From a virus (taxonomy: Duplodnaviria; Caudoviricetes), in the IMG/VR virus record IMGVR_UViG_3300050195_000279, positions 1 through 24,750 of that record: a DNA stretch of 24,750 nt; one strand, written 5' to 3'. Positions 15,728-24,750 of the stretch are shown here, piece after piece. The position numbers were made by a program, and so were the translations under genes. The number at the start of each line of letters is the position of its first letter. Within the stretch, counting starts at the first letter, position 1. A model generated the notes under the pieces. That model was not told where the DNA came from. It was given only the letters and a program-made list of their open reading frames with translations, and searched no databases.

Positions 15728-17652
15728 GAAACACCCCCTGCAAAATTGCGCATCATGTCGCTATTCACCCGATCCTGCTCACTAGCAATGGCGCGCGCGG
15801 TGCTCTGCGAATCGCCTGCTGCGGCCACATGGATATCGGTCTTTTGAGTCAGCGTGATGTTATTTGCTGCCTGCTGCTGGGCTCCGAGTCTCGTTCCTTC
15901 CAATGCCTGAGCCATCTGCGCGGCCGAGATTGAAGCCTTGTTATTGGCAATCCCTGCGTAGTGGCTCATTCCCGTTTCTGGGTCAGCTACGCTTGCCCAC
16001 TCCTTTGACGCGGCTTTGATGGCGGCCTGCAAGTCATTGCTTTTTCCGGTGATGTAGTCGCCTATGGCTTTTTGCTTTTTCCCGACGAGATATTGTTCGA
16101 ATATCTTGTCTTGGGTTGCCTTGTCAAACTTCTCATTACCTGACATTCCAAGCGATTTGACCGCATCAGCTAGCGTTGATGGAATGACCTGATATCGGCC
16201 TGCAGCATTGAATTTCTTTGCCTTTTGAGCCGCCATCACCTCTAAAACTGTCATCTTCTCAAGGTCTTCAGTACCTGCCTTATTTCCCCCTGCCTTTCCA
16301 CGATTCACGCTGTTGTAGCCGCCCTCGCCTCTGGAAATCAACGCCCCAAGTGGCGAATCAGCGAGAGAATTGGCGTTTGCTGAGATATCGACTCCACTTG
16401 CGGGAAAATCTCTCCCCTCCCAGCGGCCGCCGCCTGCCCGACTACCATGAACATAGTGCCGATACAGCCCGCCTTCTGGAATCTGCCAGCTACCGCCACG
16501 CCCATTCGTACCGGGCACCCATACCATCCCGGTCTTGGGATCGATATCGCCGCGCTTGTGATTTGGCATCAGCCATTGCAGAAACTTGGTCACGCCCCAT
16601 GTCGCTGCACCTACGCCGGCAGCGCCCAGCGCTAGTGCCCCAGCTCCTGCGACAGCGGTACCAGCCGCTGCCGCACCGGCCCCAGCACCGGCAGCAGCGG
16701 CACCACCGCCGAGGCCGGCAGTGGCGATTCCGATCTTGGCGATAGCGCCAACCAAGCCCAAAATGCTTCCGATCACTCCCGAAAAGCTGATGAGTGCAAT
16801 GCCGGCCAAGACACCCTTAGCGCCGCCGAGGGCATCGACAACCTTATCAATTCGATCAGCAGTTTTATCCCAGTCGATGCTGGCGATCCAATTTCCCAGC
16901 TTCTCAACTGCCTTTGCAATAGCTTCGGCGGTATCAGCGGCATGACTTCTGGCCCATCGCTCAAATCGTTCAATCAGCGGGATCATCACCGGAACGAGCT
17001 TTGACTCGATGACAACCCACAGCAATTCGAAATCCGCTTTCACGCTGCGGATGGCGTTATTGAAATCCTTGCCGGACGCAGCCGCTTGCTCAGGATTGAT
17101 ATTCCACGCAGCTAGCCGCTCGATGTATTTCTTTTTCTCTTCCTCAAGCTTCGGCAGGCCATTTTCCAGCATCAGAAGCGTGTCCGGATCAATTCCGAAC
17201 AAGGCGGCATACTGAGCCGCGACGTATGGCTGCAATTCCTTCATCTTGCCGATGAAGCTCTCAAATTTCTGCTCTGGGCCGTCGCCTTTCACGCCCAAAG
17301 AAGACAATAGGCTATCTGTCCCTGGATTCAGGCGCAGCGTTCGCGCAAAGCCCTCCAGAGAAGATTGTGCCTGGTCAGCAGTCAATCCGATCTGGCCGGC
17401 AGCGTGGCGCAACGCCATGATATTGCCGACGGACTCGCCACTGCGCTGGCTGGCGTAATACAGCCGCTCCATCTGCGACGAGATGACGCCAACGCCGGCG
17501 ACGATGGCGGTGGTAGCTGCAGTAACAGCTAAACCTGCGCTCATCACGCCCTTGGTGATGCCCTCCACCGCCAGCGTGAACTTCTTCATGGACGCTTCAT
17601 CGACCTTGAAGCCGAGCGACACCATAAAGTCACGCAACACTTCATCGCTCAT
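15724..17652 (-). CDS. Tape measure protein with C-terminal lysozyme-like domain
   Basis: L.DF.VSLGF.VD N-terminus, helical body, Gly/Ala hydrophobic stretch, then EGGYN...AAGRYQ...TQD...EWAS. Confidence 0.85.
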   Translation of the reverse strand: MSDEVLRDFMVSLGFKVDEASMKKFTLAVEGITKGVMSAGLAVTAATTAIVAGVGVISSQMERLYYASQRSGESVGNIMALRHAAGQIGLTADQAQSSLEGFARTLRLNPGTDSLLSSLGVKGDGPEQKFESFIGKMKELQPYVAAQYAALFGIDPDTLLMLENGLPKLEEEKKKYIERLAAWNINPEQAAASGKDFNNAIRSVKADFELLWVVIESKLVPVMIPLIERFERWARSHAADTAEAIAKAVEKLGNWIASIDWDKTADRIDKVVDALGGAKGVLAGIALISFSGVIGSILGLVGAIAKIGIATAGLGGGAAAAGAGAGAAAAGTAVAGAGALALGAAGVGAATWGVTKFLQWLMPNHKRGDIDPKTGMVWVPGTNGRGGSWQIPEGGLYRHYVHGSRAGGGRWEGRDFPASGVDISANANSLADSPLGALISRGEGGYNSVNRGKAGGNKAGTEDLEKMTVLEVMAAQKAKKFNAAGRYQVIPSTLADAVKSLGMSGNEKFDKATQDKIFEQYLVGKKQKAIGDYITGKSNDLQAAIKAASKEWASVADPETGMSHYAGIANNKASISAAQMAQALEGTRLGAQQQAANNITLTQKTDIHVAAAGDSQSTARAIASEQDRVNSDMMRNFAGGVS

Positions 17653-17840
17653 TTTTGGTTCCGTTCTGTAAATTCACGAATACGAACTTCATTCTCGAAT
17701 TTCACGTCCAACGCTTCGTTCATCACGGCGACATCCTCAAGCGAAAGCGCCCCATTGACGATGGACTCGTATTGGCACAGGCCTTCGATCACTGGTCGCA
17801 GCAGCCAATCCTCGCCATCTTGCATGGAAGCCAGCACCAT
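17649..17840 (-). CDS. Tail assembly chaperone, frameshift extension (gpT-like)
   Basis: EDWLLRPV..G.C.YES...G.L.L.D...MNEALD; open in the -1 frame from the slippery site in the upstream gene. Confidence 0.75.
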   Translation of the reverse strand: MVLASMQDGEDWLLRPVIEGLCQYESIVNGALSLEDVAVMNEALDVKFENEVRIREFTERNQK

Positions 17841-17848
17841 GCCGGGAT

Positions 17849-18250
17849 CTACGCGCCCTGCGGCAATTGGCCGGCTGCGACGAGAAAAAAACCTTTCATA
17901 TTTCCTCGTATCACGCTAATGGTCAGTTGGACCATTTCTGTCATTTCGATGTCCTGAAACATCAGTCCGCCTGCGCGTGCGACAACTGGGGCATACTCAC
18001 CGCTCGCCTGTGCCCTGAGACAAACGGCCAAACATGTATCGAGAACATAATCGACATCCTCTTCGGACATCTTGGAAAGTGCCTCCGCAATCGGCGCGAT
18101 CTGTTCCATAGGGTTTTCACTCTTCGTAGTGGCGCCCTTTCCCATTCCGGCGAGGATAGGAGCAATACGACGAGCAACGTGGAATTGCTTCTTCGCATCA
18201 AGGTGCCCGATGCGATAACGGTGACCGCCAACTTCTACTTCTTCAAACAT
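17849..18250 (-). CDS. Tail assembly chaperone (gpG-like)
   Basis: YRIG.L.A..QFHVARRIAP; lies between tube and tape measure; ends ...GFF at a T7 run. Confidence 0.8.
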   Translation of the reverse strand: MFEEVEVGGHRYRIGHLDAKKQFHVARRIAPILAGMGKGATTKSENPMEQIAPIAEALSKMSEEDVDYVLDTCLAVCLRAQASGEYAPVVARAGGLMFQDIEMTEMVQLTISVIRGNMKGFFLVAAGQLPQGA

Positions 18251-18253
18251 CGC

Positions 18254-18697
18254 TTATCCTCCTGTCGCTAATGCTGGGTCCATAACGCCAACGTCAAAGG
18301 TCCACTCCAGTGCGCCGCCTTCGATTGCATAGGTATTACTAGGGAATTTGGTAAATGCAACCGTCTGACAGGCATACTGATCGCCACGCGTGATATCCGC
18401 AGCAGAAAGCACGTTCTGCCCCCAGTTAGCCGGATTGGCGCGCTGATAGTTATACATAGCACTCAGTAGGCCGTTAGTGGGCGACGCTTTTTGCAAACGG
18501 ATTGTGACCTTTCCACCCTTGCCTGGATTCAGGCTATTCATAGGCGTTCCATCAGCGCCAATTGACATAGTGTTGGCGTTCTCGTTCATCTCGAACGTCA
18601 CGCCGCCCTTGTCATTTCCAGAGCCATAGCCAAGCGAAATCGATCCACCTGGCCCTGTAATTGTCATGGTGAAACTTTGAAACGAATATGTGCTCAT
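18254..18697 (-). CDS. Tail tube protein (DUF3277-like)
   Basis: TYSF...GPGG, M.IGADG, SPTN..LS and W.F motifs; follows the sheath. Confidence 0.85.
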   Translation of the reverse strand: MSTYSFQSFTMTITGPGGSISLGYGSGNDKGGVTFEMNENANTMSIGADGTPMNSLNPGKGGKVTIRLQKASPTNGLLSAMYNYQRANPANWGQNVLSAADITRGDQYACQTVAFTKFPSNTYAIEGGALEWTFDVGVMDPALATGG

Positions 18698-18708
18698 CTA
18701 TGTCTCGC

Positions 18709-20205
18709 TTAGGAGTTGACGGTTACAGCAAAATCCACGGTATGCACGGCACCCGCGAGCTTCACAGCGATCTGAAATGAAACGCTCTTTCGTGCGGCGC
18801 GATCAGCGGCACTCTGCGACGCAACGGTCGGCTGGTAGATGTAGTAGCCCTTGTCCAAGTAATCGCCCTGACTGAGCGTGCCGAAACCGGCGCTCGTCCA
18901 TGTGCCCGGAGCAAACAAGCCATTCGAAACGTACTTCTGGCAAACACCCTCGATCGCCGTCGCCAGAATGTGCATACCAGCATCTGTCTGAGGAATTTTT
19001 GTCGTGCTGGTGTAAAGCGCATTGAATAATGCTGTTTGAGCATCAACGCAGAAAGAATCCATGCCGATAATCGTGTCGATGAATTCCCCTGACGCGACCT
19101 TGGCAGGCTCAATGATCGTGGTGTCGTTGTTGTACGCCACGTACACGTTGCAATTCTTCCCCTCCAGCGCAGTAATCTGAGTGGCATTGATAGTCTCGGC
19201 CGTAACGCCAGGCTCTTCTTTCCACATCAGAGTGATAGTGGTGTTGTTGCCGGTGTAATCTACGGTGAGTTGACGGCCCAGCAGCGAGCAGACCGCATAA
19301 GGGCTGCTGCTCGAATACTGCGCGCAAGTCTTGTTGTATCCGGCCGCCTTCAGCTTGTAGGCAATGTCATCGGTGGTCACCGAGGTCAGTACGCCTGCTT
19401 CCTGCGTCGTGACACCATAGAAGTGCTTGGTATCGGTAGCCTCAATATATGCGGCTACGGCCAAGTGGTCGGAATCACTGGCACCGCAGATTTGCAAGCC
19501 ATACCACTGCTGGCCATACATCGAATCGAATAGAGCGGCAGCAGTGACGGCCGATTCTGCGGCAACACCATTGGATACGTAGGCACCAGACGACGATGAT
19601 GTCATGCCCAGCATAGTCGAAATATCAGTCCCGCTTGTCGGCGCACTGGCGAAACTGAGGGTTGATGTCGCCCCGGCACTGCCAAGTGTAATTTGGAATT
19701 GCTGAAAACTCGCATTCCAGACGCAAGTTGTCCCGGTCAGTGCGGCGGCAAGCGCCGTCTGGATCAGTGCAGCGATACCATTGATATTGACCGCATCGGC
19801 AAAACTGGCAGGTGCAATCACATGGGCGGAGCCATCAATGGTCAAACTGAAAGCCGGCGTAGTAATGGCATTCCACATGGTCAGCGCCTGTTCTGCCGTG
19901 GACAACGTTGCGCCGATCAATTGCGCGGACGTGTCTGTCTTCGCCCATCGCCCGATATACAGACTCGGCGGCTGCGGCGACTGACCGAACCAGTTCACTG
20001 CCGCCAGGTATTCCGGCGCGGTAGTGCCAAAGTCAGCGGCTACGGCCGATGCGGAAAGATACTCGCGCATGCGCGCAGTCGTATCGATCACATTTGACGA
20101 TCCAAGTATCAACAAATCGGATAGGTTCTGCGCTTGTGCGGCGCTAGGTGAAAGATTGATCGATCCGCTGATCAATCGAGAAATTGGTAATTGACTTGTC
20201 GCCAT
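18709..20205 (-). CDS. Tail sheath protein (DUF3383-like)
   Basis: V..DFG...PEY.AA..F.Q.P.P..LYIGRW, KIPQTD.G and KLAGAVH motifs; GGAG RBS before ATG 20205. Confidence 0.9.
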   Translation of the reverse strand: MATSQLPISRLISGSINLSPSAAQAQNLSDLLILGSSNVIDTTARMREYLSASAVAADFGTTAPEYLAAVNWFGQSPQPPSLYIGRWAKTDTSAQLIGATLSTAEQALTMWNAITTPAFSLTIDGSAHVIAPASFADAVNINGIAALIQTALAAALTGTTCVWNASFQQFQITLGSAGATSTLSFASAPTSGTDISTMLGMTSSSSGAYVSNGVAAESAVTAAALFDSMYGQQWYGLQICGASDSDHLAVAAYIEATDTKHFYGVTTQEAGVLTSVTTDDIAYKLKAAGYNKTCAQYSSSSPYAVCSLLGRQLTVDYTGNNTTITLMWKEEPGVTAETINATQITALEGKNCNVYVAYNNDTTIIEPAKVASGEFIDTIIGMDSFCVDAQTALFNALYTSTTKIPQTDAGMHILATAIEGVCQKYVSNGLFAPGTWTSAGFGTLSQGDYLDKGYYIYQPTVASQSAADRAARKSVSFQIAVKLAGAVHTVDFAVTVNS

Positions 20206-20215
20206 CGACAGCTCC

Positions 20216-20277
20216 AAAAAAAAGAAAAAGCCGCAGAAGGCGGCCCAGAAACGAGAAACCCGGCGCTGGGCCGGGTC
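20216..20277 (-). terminator. Two tandem hairpins after rha, the second with a long T tail
   Basis: ACCCGGC-CCAGC-GCCGGGT, then GCCGC-CTTCT-GCGGC-TTTTTCTTTTTTTT. Confidence 0.6.
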
Positions 20278-20791
20278 AGTGAAGTAACAGTGATGGTTGT
20301 ATTTCGGCTTCCAGCCGGATCCGCTCATGCTGCAGCGGCGGAATTTCCTTCTTTCGCTGCAGCATCAGGTGTGAGCCGAATGACGCCCGGACCTTCGATT
20401 CCACCTCTTTTGCGATCAGTGCCTGCATCTGCTGCCAGAGGTTGGAATTGCGATGATTCAATGTGTCGCGCATCCTGAAGAACTCTTTCACCAGCGCCAC
20501 TTTGAAATCGATGACCTTTTTGCTGTTGCGCATCAACGACAATAAGAGTGCCGCCTGATGTTCATTCAGCATTGCAATTTCCCGGGACTGCGTGCCGCCA
20601 TTCGTCACAAAGGGTGCAATCTGAAATTGCACCCCTCCAAGTTCGCCCAGTGATCCACTATGCTTGCGAACTAGCTGCATGACGGCCCGGTGTTTTTGCC
20701 CCATTTCTTGGGAAATGACTTCGGTTGAGGTCAGCGGTTCACCGTCAACGGCAACAACAAACCGAAAATTCCCAAAACTAATATCGTTCAT
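20276..20791 (-). CDS. Rha-family phage regulatory protein (second copy)
   Basis: TSTEVIS...HRAVMQLVR...LNEHQA...MRNS..V..FKVALVKEFFRMR. Confidence 0.8.
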   Translation of the reverse strand: MNDISFGNFRFVVAVDGEPLTSTEVISQEMGQKHRAVMQLVRKHSGSLGELGGVQFQIAPFVTNGGTQSREIAMLNEHQAALLLSLMRNSKKVIDFKVALVKEFFRMRDTLNHRNSNLWQQMQALIAKEVESKVRASFGSHLMLQRKKEIPPLQHERIRLEAEIQPSLLLH

Positions 20792-20804
20792 TCGAAACCC
20801 CAAT

Positions 20805-20834
20805 AAAAAAGGGCGGATCCCGAAGGAACCGCCC
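20805..20834 (-). terminator. Intrinsic terminator-like hairpin just upstream of rha
   Basis: GGGCGGTTCC-TTCG-GGATCCGCCC-T6. Confidence 0.7.
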
Positions 20835-20923
20835 TACATGGAAATTTCAAAACTCGCACCTCGCGGCCCGGCATCTGCCGATTTAAGCGTGTCAGGAAGA
20901 AACTTATTAATTGAACAATTGCA

Positions 20924-21505
20924 TTAAACCGAAACCGAACTTTCCTTTAGGCCATCATCGGCTTTAATGCCAACAGTAGCTGTTTCCACATTCTGCACCG
21001 CATAGGTGCGCAACACCTGCCTGCGAAGGCGCAAAGTGATGTCATATCGCTTGATCCATTGTTGGCTCACCAGCTCAGGGGCCGAGATGATCCGGTCACT
21101 GTCCACAAAAGCAAGGCCGCTTTTCGCGATCACCTCCTGATTCTGCGGAATTTGAATGCCATCAGCGAAGAGTGTTGCGCATCCCTTCGCTCCGGGACCG
21201 TAGAAACTGGCAAGGATATGCATTACCTCATTACGATAGAGGGTGTCGTTACCATCGCCATCACCGCTATGAATCACGGCTGCAACAGGATCACGATCTG
21301 TTTCACTGACTCCGATCGCACACCAATTCACGTCTGGCGCAGGCTGTTTTGGCACAGTTTGCTGCCAACGCGGTCGCACATACATACCGAGCAAGCCCGT
21401 CACGCCGACCACATATTTTTGCAGAACCGTATCTAGCTCTGCATCATCAACCGGCGGCGCACCTGCCGGCAAAATATATCCACCGGCGGTTGATTCGTTC
21501 GCCAT
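20924..21505 (-). CDS. Neck/tail terminator protein
   Basis: VRPRWQ...P...WCA.G, SFYGP and IPQN motifs; precedes the sheath. Confidence 0.7.
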   Translation of the reverse strand: MANESTAGGYILPAGAPPVDDAELDTVLQKYVVGVTGLLGMYVRPRWQQTVPKQPAPDVNWCAIGVSETDRDPVAAVIHSGDGDGNDTLYRNEVMHILASFYGPGAKGCATLFADGIQIPQNQEVIAKSGLAFVDSDRIISAPELVSQQWIKRYDITLRLRRQVLRTYAVQNVETATVGIKADDGLKESSVSV

Positions 21506-21508
21506 GAG

Positions 21509-21880
21509 TTATCCTGTCAGTTGCTTCAGCGTACATATTGCCGAGACGAAGCCACGGCCATAGGTTGAATAATCATTGACGTTGGTGACCGTCCACTGCA
21601 ATCCCGACCACATTACGACATCGGCGTCATACCCGGCCTGGCCATCGATAAGTCGAAACGGCGTATGAATAGCAATGGTATTTGTGATCATCGAGCCTTC
21701 TGCGGCACGCTGAAGCAACGATCCGGTCAGACTGGTAACGACCCCGCAAAACGTGATCTCGGTGGCGGAATCCACCGCCATGCCATCATCATTTACAGCC
21801 TGGGCATTGCGCGCCACCGTCAGCGTGGCATCCAAAAAATCGGGATCGAGCAACACGTCGGTAACATCAAGAAGTGCCAT
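21509..21880 (-). CDS. Head closure / head-tail adaptor protein
   Basis: LDVTDVLLDPDF...YG.GFV.A.C; synteny. Confidence 0.7.
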   Translation of the reverse strand: MALLDVTDVLLDPDFLDATLTVARNAQAVNDDGMAVDSATEITFCGVVTSLTGSLLQRAAEGSMITNTIAIHTPFRLIDGQAGYDADVVMWSGLQWTVTNVNDYSTYGRGFVSAICTLKQLTG

Positions 21881-21897
21881 GTTCGCCCCTGCATACG

Positions 21898-21918
21898 AAA
21901 AAGCCCCTTGCGGGGCCA
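21898..21918 (-). terminator. Terminator-like hairpin
   Basis: GCCCC-GCAA-GGGGC-TTTTT. Confidence 0.55.
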
Positions 21919-21921
21919 GTT

Positions 21922-22398
21922 TTACTTTGATCGAATCACATGCGTGACTGAATTTCTGAGTTCGCCTGAATCGACAAGCGTATTCTCTCGCGTTACTCCC
22001 CGCGCGCGCCGCTTGTCGAGCGTGGATTCAGCTAACGAGGGTTGAATATTGCTGTTAATTTTCGCTTTTACTGAGGTTTCTGCAATCAGTCCAGCATGGG
22101 TCAGCGCCCGCATCGCCCCTGATTCATTGCCATCGAGAGCTGCTTTGGCTGCCGCCCCCAGTTTATCTGCGCATTGTTCCTGAACATCACGAATTCCCGG
22201 AACAAGAAAATGACGTGCAGGAATATTGTTGGCCGGCGATCCCTGGTCAAGAATGTATCCGATCTGAGCCTTAGAAATTGGCTTCCCAGTATCCTCGGGC
22301 GATCCATCTGGAATGCCGACCATTACGTCTTTCTTAGTCAATGCGTTGATCGTGCGAATCAGGTCTGCAAGCTTATCCGTTGTCATCACAGCGCTCAT
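21922..22398 (-). CDS. Neck / tail completion protein
   Basis: V.VGIP, GSPANNIPAR.FL.PG and L.D.G.LRNS.T motifs. Confidence 0.7.
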   Translation of the reverse strand: MSAVMTTDKLADLIRTINALTKKDVMVGIPDGSPEDTGKPISKAQIGYILDQGSPANNIPARHFLVPGIRDVQEQCADKLGAAAKAALDGNESGAMRALTHAGLIAETSVKAKINSNIQPSLAESTLDKRRARGVTRENTLVDSGELRNSVTHVIRSK

Positions 22399-22409
22399 AG
22401 CAGCTCTCA

Positions 22410-22793
22410 CTAAAATTGCATTCCGCCAGCACCCATATGGCGTGCCAACTTCAAATAGCGCATCCCATAACTGGTCATATTCCAAAATCCAGCATCATCT
22501 AAGGTGATGGCCGAGGTATCGTTGCTTTTGCTGACCTTATCTACCGACTTAGCTGTCACCGGACCGCTAGACTGGCCGGGGATTCCGCCGACCACAGCAA
22601 CAGCAGCATCGCTTGCGGCAATCGCTAAATGATGTGCAGCAACAAGGCTGATCCCGATGTCAGTGAGCTCCATCCAGCGAGCCTCATTCACCAACGACTT
22701 TCCAACAGTCAGCCAAATTTGCACTGACACATCCGGATAGGTTGATGTGTTTGAAAACTCTGGAAAATTAGTTCTGAACCCACTGACATCCAT
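22410..22793 (-). CDS. Head-tail connector (DUF4054-like)
   Basis: FR..FPEF...YPD, L..AH.L, SKSV..VS and WN.T.YG motifs. Confidence 0.8.
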   Translation of the reverse strand: MDVSGFRTNFPEFSNTSTYPDVSVQIWLTVGKSLVNEARWMELTDIGISLVAAHHLAIAASDAAVAVVGGIPGQSSGPVTAKSVDKVSKSNDTSAITLDDAGFWNMTSYGMRYLKLARHMGAGGMQF

Positions 22794-22802
22794 GGAATTA
22801 TC

Positions 22803-23147
22803 CTATTTGGTTGTTTTCGATGACTTGGCCGTAGCGTCCTCTTTCACCTTTACTGCAGCCTCTCGTGAAGAAATCTCCGATTCCTTTGCTTGCACTGCAA
22901 CCTCGCGCTCATCCAGCGCAGACTTGGCGAGAGCCAGTTCGGCCGATTTGGTTTCCAGCTCGCTCAACAGAGCGTCAGCAGCCTCATCGTTATCGAATTT
23001 ACCGGCCTCAGGCTCCGCACCAATGTGCAGCAGGGCATACCAGTGACCAGCGACATCCTGATCGACCGTATATACGCCTACACCGAACTCCAGTGTTTGC
23101 TCCCCATGCTTCAGTGTGAATGGGGAATGAACATAGATTTTAGCCAT
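22803..23147 (-). CDS. Phage protein downstream of the major capsid (coiled-coil C-terminus)
   Basis: I.VH.PF.L...F..G...V...VA.HWY N-terminus; acidic coiled coil. Confidence 0.65.
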   Translation of the reverse strand: MAKIYVHSPFTLKHGEQTLEFGVGVYTVDQDVAGHWYALLHIGAEPEAGKFDNDEAADALLSELETKSAELALAKSALDEREVAVQAKESEISSREAAVKVKEDATAKSSKTTK

Positions 23148-23158
23148 TTCCCCTCCCC

Positions 23159-24226
23159 TTAGATACCATCGCGATAAGCGAGGGTTGTTCCATAGCGGAA
23201 CTCAATCTGACCGAAGCGCGCCCAGTACGTGGTGATCTGGAACAAGGAGCGGTATTCCAGCGGAGTGCGCTGCAGATCGGTCATTGGGAACTGAACGTAC
23301 TTCTTGTCCTTGTTGTAGGCGACCATGCGGTCAACTGTGCCGAGGGTGCCCAACGTGCCGCCAGTGCCACCGCCGATCAGCCACTTCAGCGGCAAAATAT
23401 CCAGCTTTGTGCCTGACTTCGTGCAGATGTTGTTCTCCAGTACGTAGGTCAGGATCGACTGGTTACCAGCACTACTGACCAAAGTGGAGGCCAGATAGCC
23501 ATACTGCGCCGGCGGCAGCAGCAGGCGATTCGGCATTACCTTCCAGCCGGCATTCTGCCAGGCAGTCGTCAGGACTTCGTTGACGTCTTTCAGGATCTCG
23601 TTCGGAGTCTTGGTGTTCCATTGCGGCGTTCCAGCAGCGCCGTTGGCCACGTTGGAGACGCTTCCCACCAAACTGGTGGAGTTGACCAGTCCAGTGAAGC
23701 CCATGCCGCTGTCACCGATATAGACAATGTTGTCCAAATCCATGTTGCGCTTGAGGTTCATACCCTCAACCTTTTGCACATCGACAGGCATGCCGAGTTT
23801 TTGAGCTTTAACCAGCTCGGGCACGGTGTACTTAACCTCGGCACCCCACAAACGCATGGGCTGAGGCGTCTTGCCGATGTCCAGCGACGGGCCGGCCAAA
23901 GCATTACCCTCGTTCGAAATCCAGTTCAGGCCGCCCGGATTGATGCCGCCGGACATGGCGAAGGCGGAGTTGGTGAACGAGGCAATTTCATCAGCGGCCG
24001 ACACATCGGTGCGGATTTCAATGTCGCGCGACCAGGTGAATTCCACCAGTGGCTCGTTGAGCGTCTGATCCAGACGTTCCAGCTGACCGACCAGAAAGGC
24101 ACCGGTAGAATCCACGGTGGCCTGGTCGTAGGTATATTGCTGATCCTTCGTGAATGCGCGAGCAATCTTGCCAGAGGCGATCACAATTTCCCGGCGCTTC
24201 AGGTGCTTCTGTACTGACATATCCAT
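23159..24226 (-). CDS. Major capsid protein (DUF2184-like, HK97 fold)
   Basis: GAFLVGQLERLD..L..PL, YT..EL..A...G.P.D, Y.GD...GL.N and DRMVAY motifs; GGAG RBS before ATG 24226. Confidence 0.88.
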   Translation of the reverse strand: MDMSVQKHLKRREIVIASGKIARAFTKDQQYTYDQATVDSTGAFLVGQLERLDQTLNEPLVEFTWSRDIEIRTDVSAADEIASFTNSAFAMSGGINPGGLNWISNEGNALAGPSLDIGKTPQPMRLWGAEVKYTVPELVKAQKLGMPVDVQKVEGMNLKRNMDLDNIVYIGDSGMGFTGLVNSTSLVGSVSNVANGAAGTPQWNTKTPNEILKDVNEVLTTAWQNAGWKVMPNRLLLPPAQYGYLASTLVSSAGNQSILTYVLENNICTKSGTKLDILPLKWLIGGGTGGTLGTLGTVDRMVAYNKDKKYVQFPMTDLQRTPLEYRSLFQITTYWARFGQIEFRYGTTLAYRDGI

Positions 24227-24301
24227 TTGTATGGCTCCAAAATGCAAAACCCCGCCAATGCGGAGTTAGAGGGTTGTTGATGCGCTTATCGCGCCGGGGA
24301 G

Positions 24302-24750
24302 TTAGATATTGACTGCGATCTCGGTGATGCCATAAGCATCGGCCGGGCCAGTGAAATACCAATTCGATGCCAATGCCACGGTGTTGGTGCCGTCAGCAGC
24401 CCCCTCGAAACCACCCAAAGGCTTGCCGGTGGCAGCGCCGGCCACGCGAACATAAACGGTACCGCCCTTGGCAGCTGCGGCGGTACCGCCGAGAACCACA
24501 TTGACATAGCCGCGCTTCAGGACATCAGTCACGCCAGAGGTCGGAGGAGTGGATGTGCCCAGCGGGTCGGTGCCGTTACCCTGGATCGGATACGCACGCA
24601 GGTTGACGCCGCACACCAGCGCGGCGGTATCCGCCGCGAGATTGATAGGCTGCACCTTGCCGGAAACCAATTTCACGGCGACACCAAAAGAGGTTGGAGG
24701 AGCAGCAGAATCGATGATCTGTGTTTCTACCGTCGCAACTTCGGCGCGCT
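24302..24750 (-). CDS. Capsid decoration/cement protein (5' end outside the window)
   Basis: Frame is open to the window edge (RAEVATVETQIIDSAAPPTSFGVAVKLVSG...); VL.RGY..V, GG.VYVR and EI..NI motifs; directly upstream of the capsid gene. Confidence 0.75.
   Translation of the reverse strand, partial: RAEVATVETQIIDSAAPPTSFGVAVKLVSGKVQPINLAADTAALVCGVNLRAYPIQGNGTDPLGTSTPPTSGVTDVLKRGYVNVVLGGTAAAAKGGTVYVRVAGAATGKPLGGFEGAADGTNTVALASNWYFTGPADAYGITEIAVNI

Noticed and set aside
16586-16945. Ala/Pro-rich plus-strand ORF and other antisense ORFs over structural genes
   Set aside because: These are shadow frames of GC-rich coding sequence on the opposite strand.
20206-20328. N-terminal extension of the sheath ORF (539 aa)
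   Set aside because: It runs through terminator hairpins and the rha end; ATG 20205 has a proper RBS.

Overview
The window is the late (virion morphogenesis and lysis) region of a contractile-tailed phage or prophage, almost entirely on the minus strand. From right to left it encodes a capsid decoration protein (partial), DUF2184-type major capsid, head-tail joining genes, a Rha-family gene, sheath, tube, a tail chaperone pair linked by a -1 frameshift, a tape measure with a lysozyme-like domain, baseplate genes, tail fiber and chaperone, an HNH nuclease and a lysis cassette (holin candidates, GH73 endolysin, lipoprotein, partial DUF1353). An accessory block of about 6.1 kb (7643-13767) splits the baseplate hub gene from the spike gene. 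It contains two secreted-protein genes, a DUF2335 pair and a divergent Arc/Mnt-like switch with palindromic operators. The switch drives an operon ending in Rha, a 189-aa RAMP/Cas7-like protein, a 155-aa unknown protein and a ~357-nt non-coding array. The array has three tracts of period-5 G(G)Y-NN units separated by conserved hairpins. Read as NN-x-NN-x, the variable dinucleotides spell codon positions 1-2 of peptides resembling three successive segments of the neighbouring baseplate hub protein. This suggests an RNA-guided, wobble-skipping system aimed at the hub gene of related phages. All family names come from motif recognition by eye and from synteny; no database searches were run.
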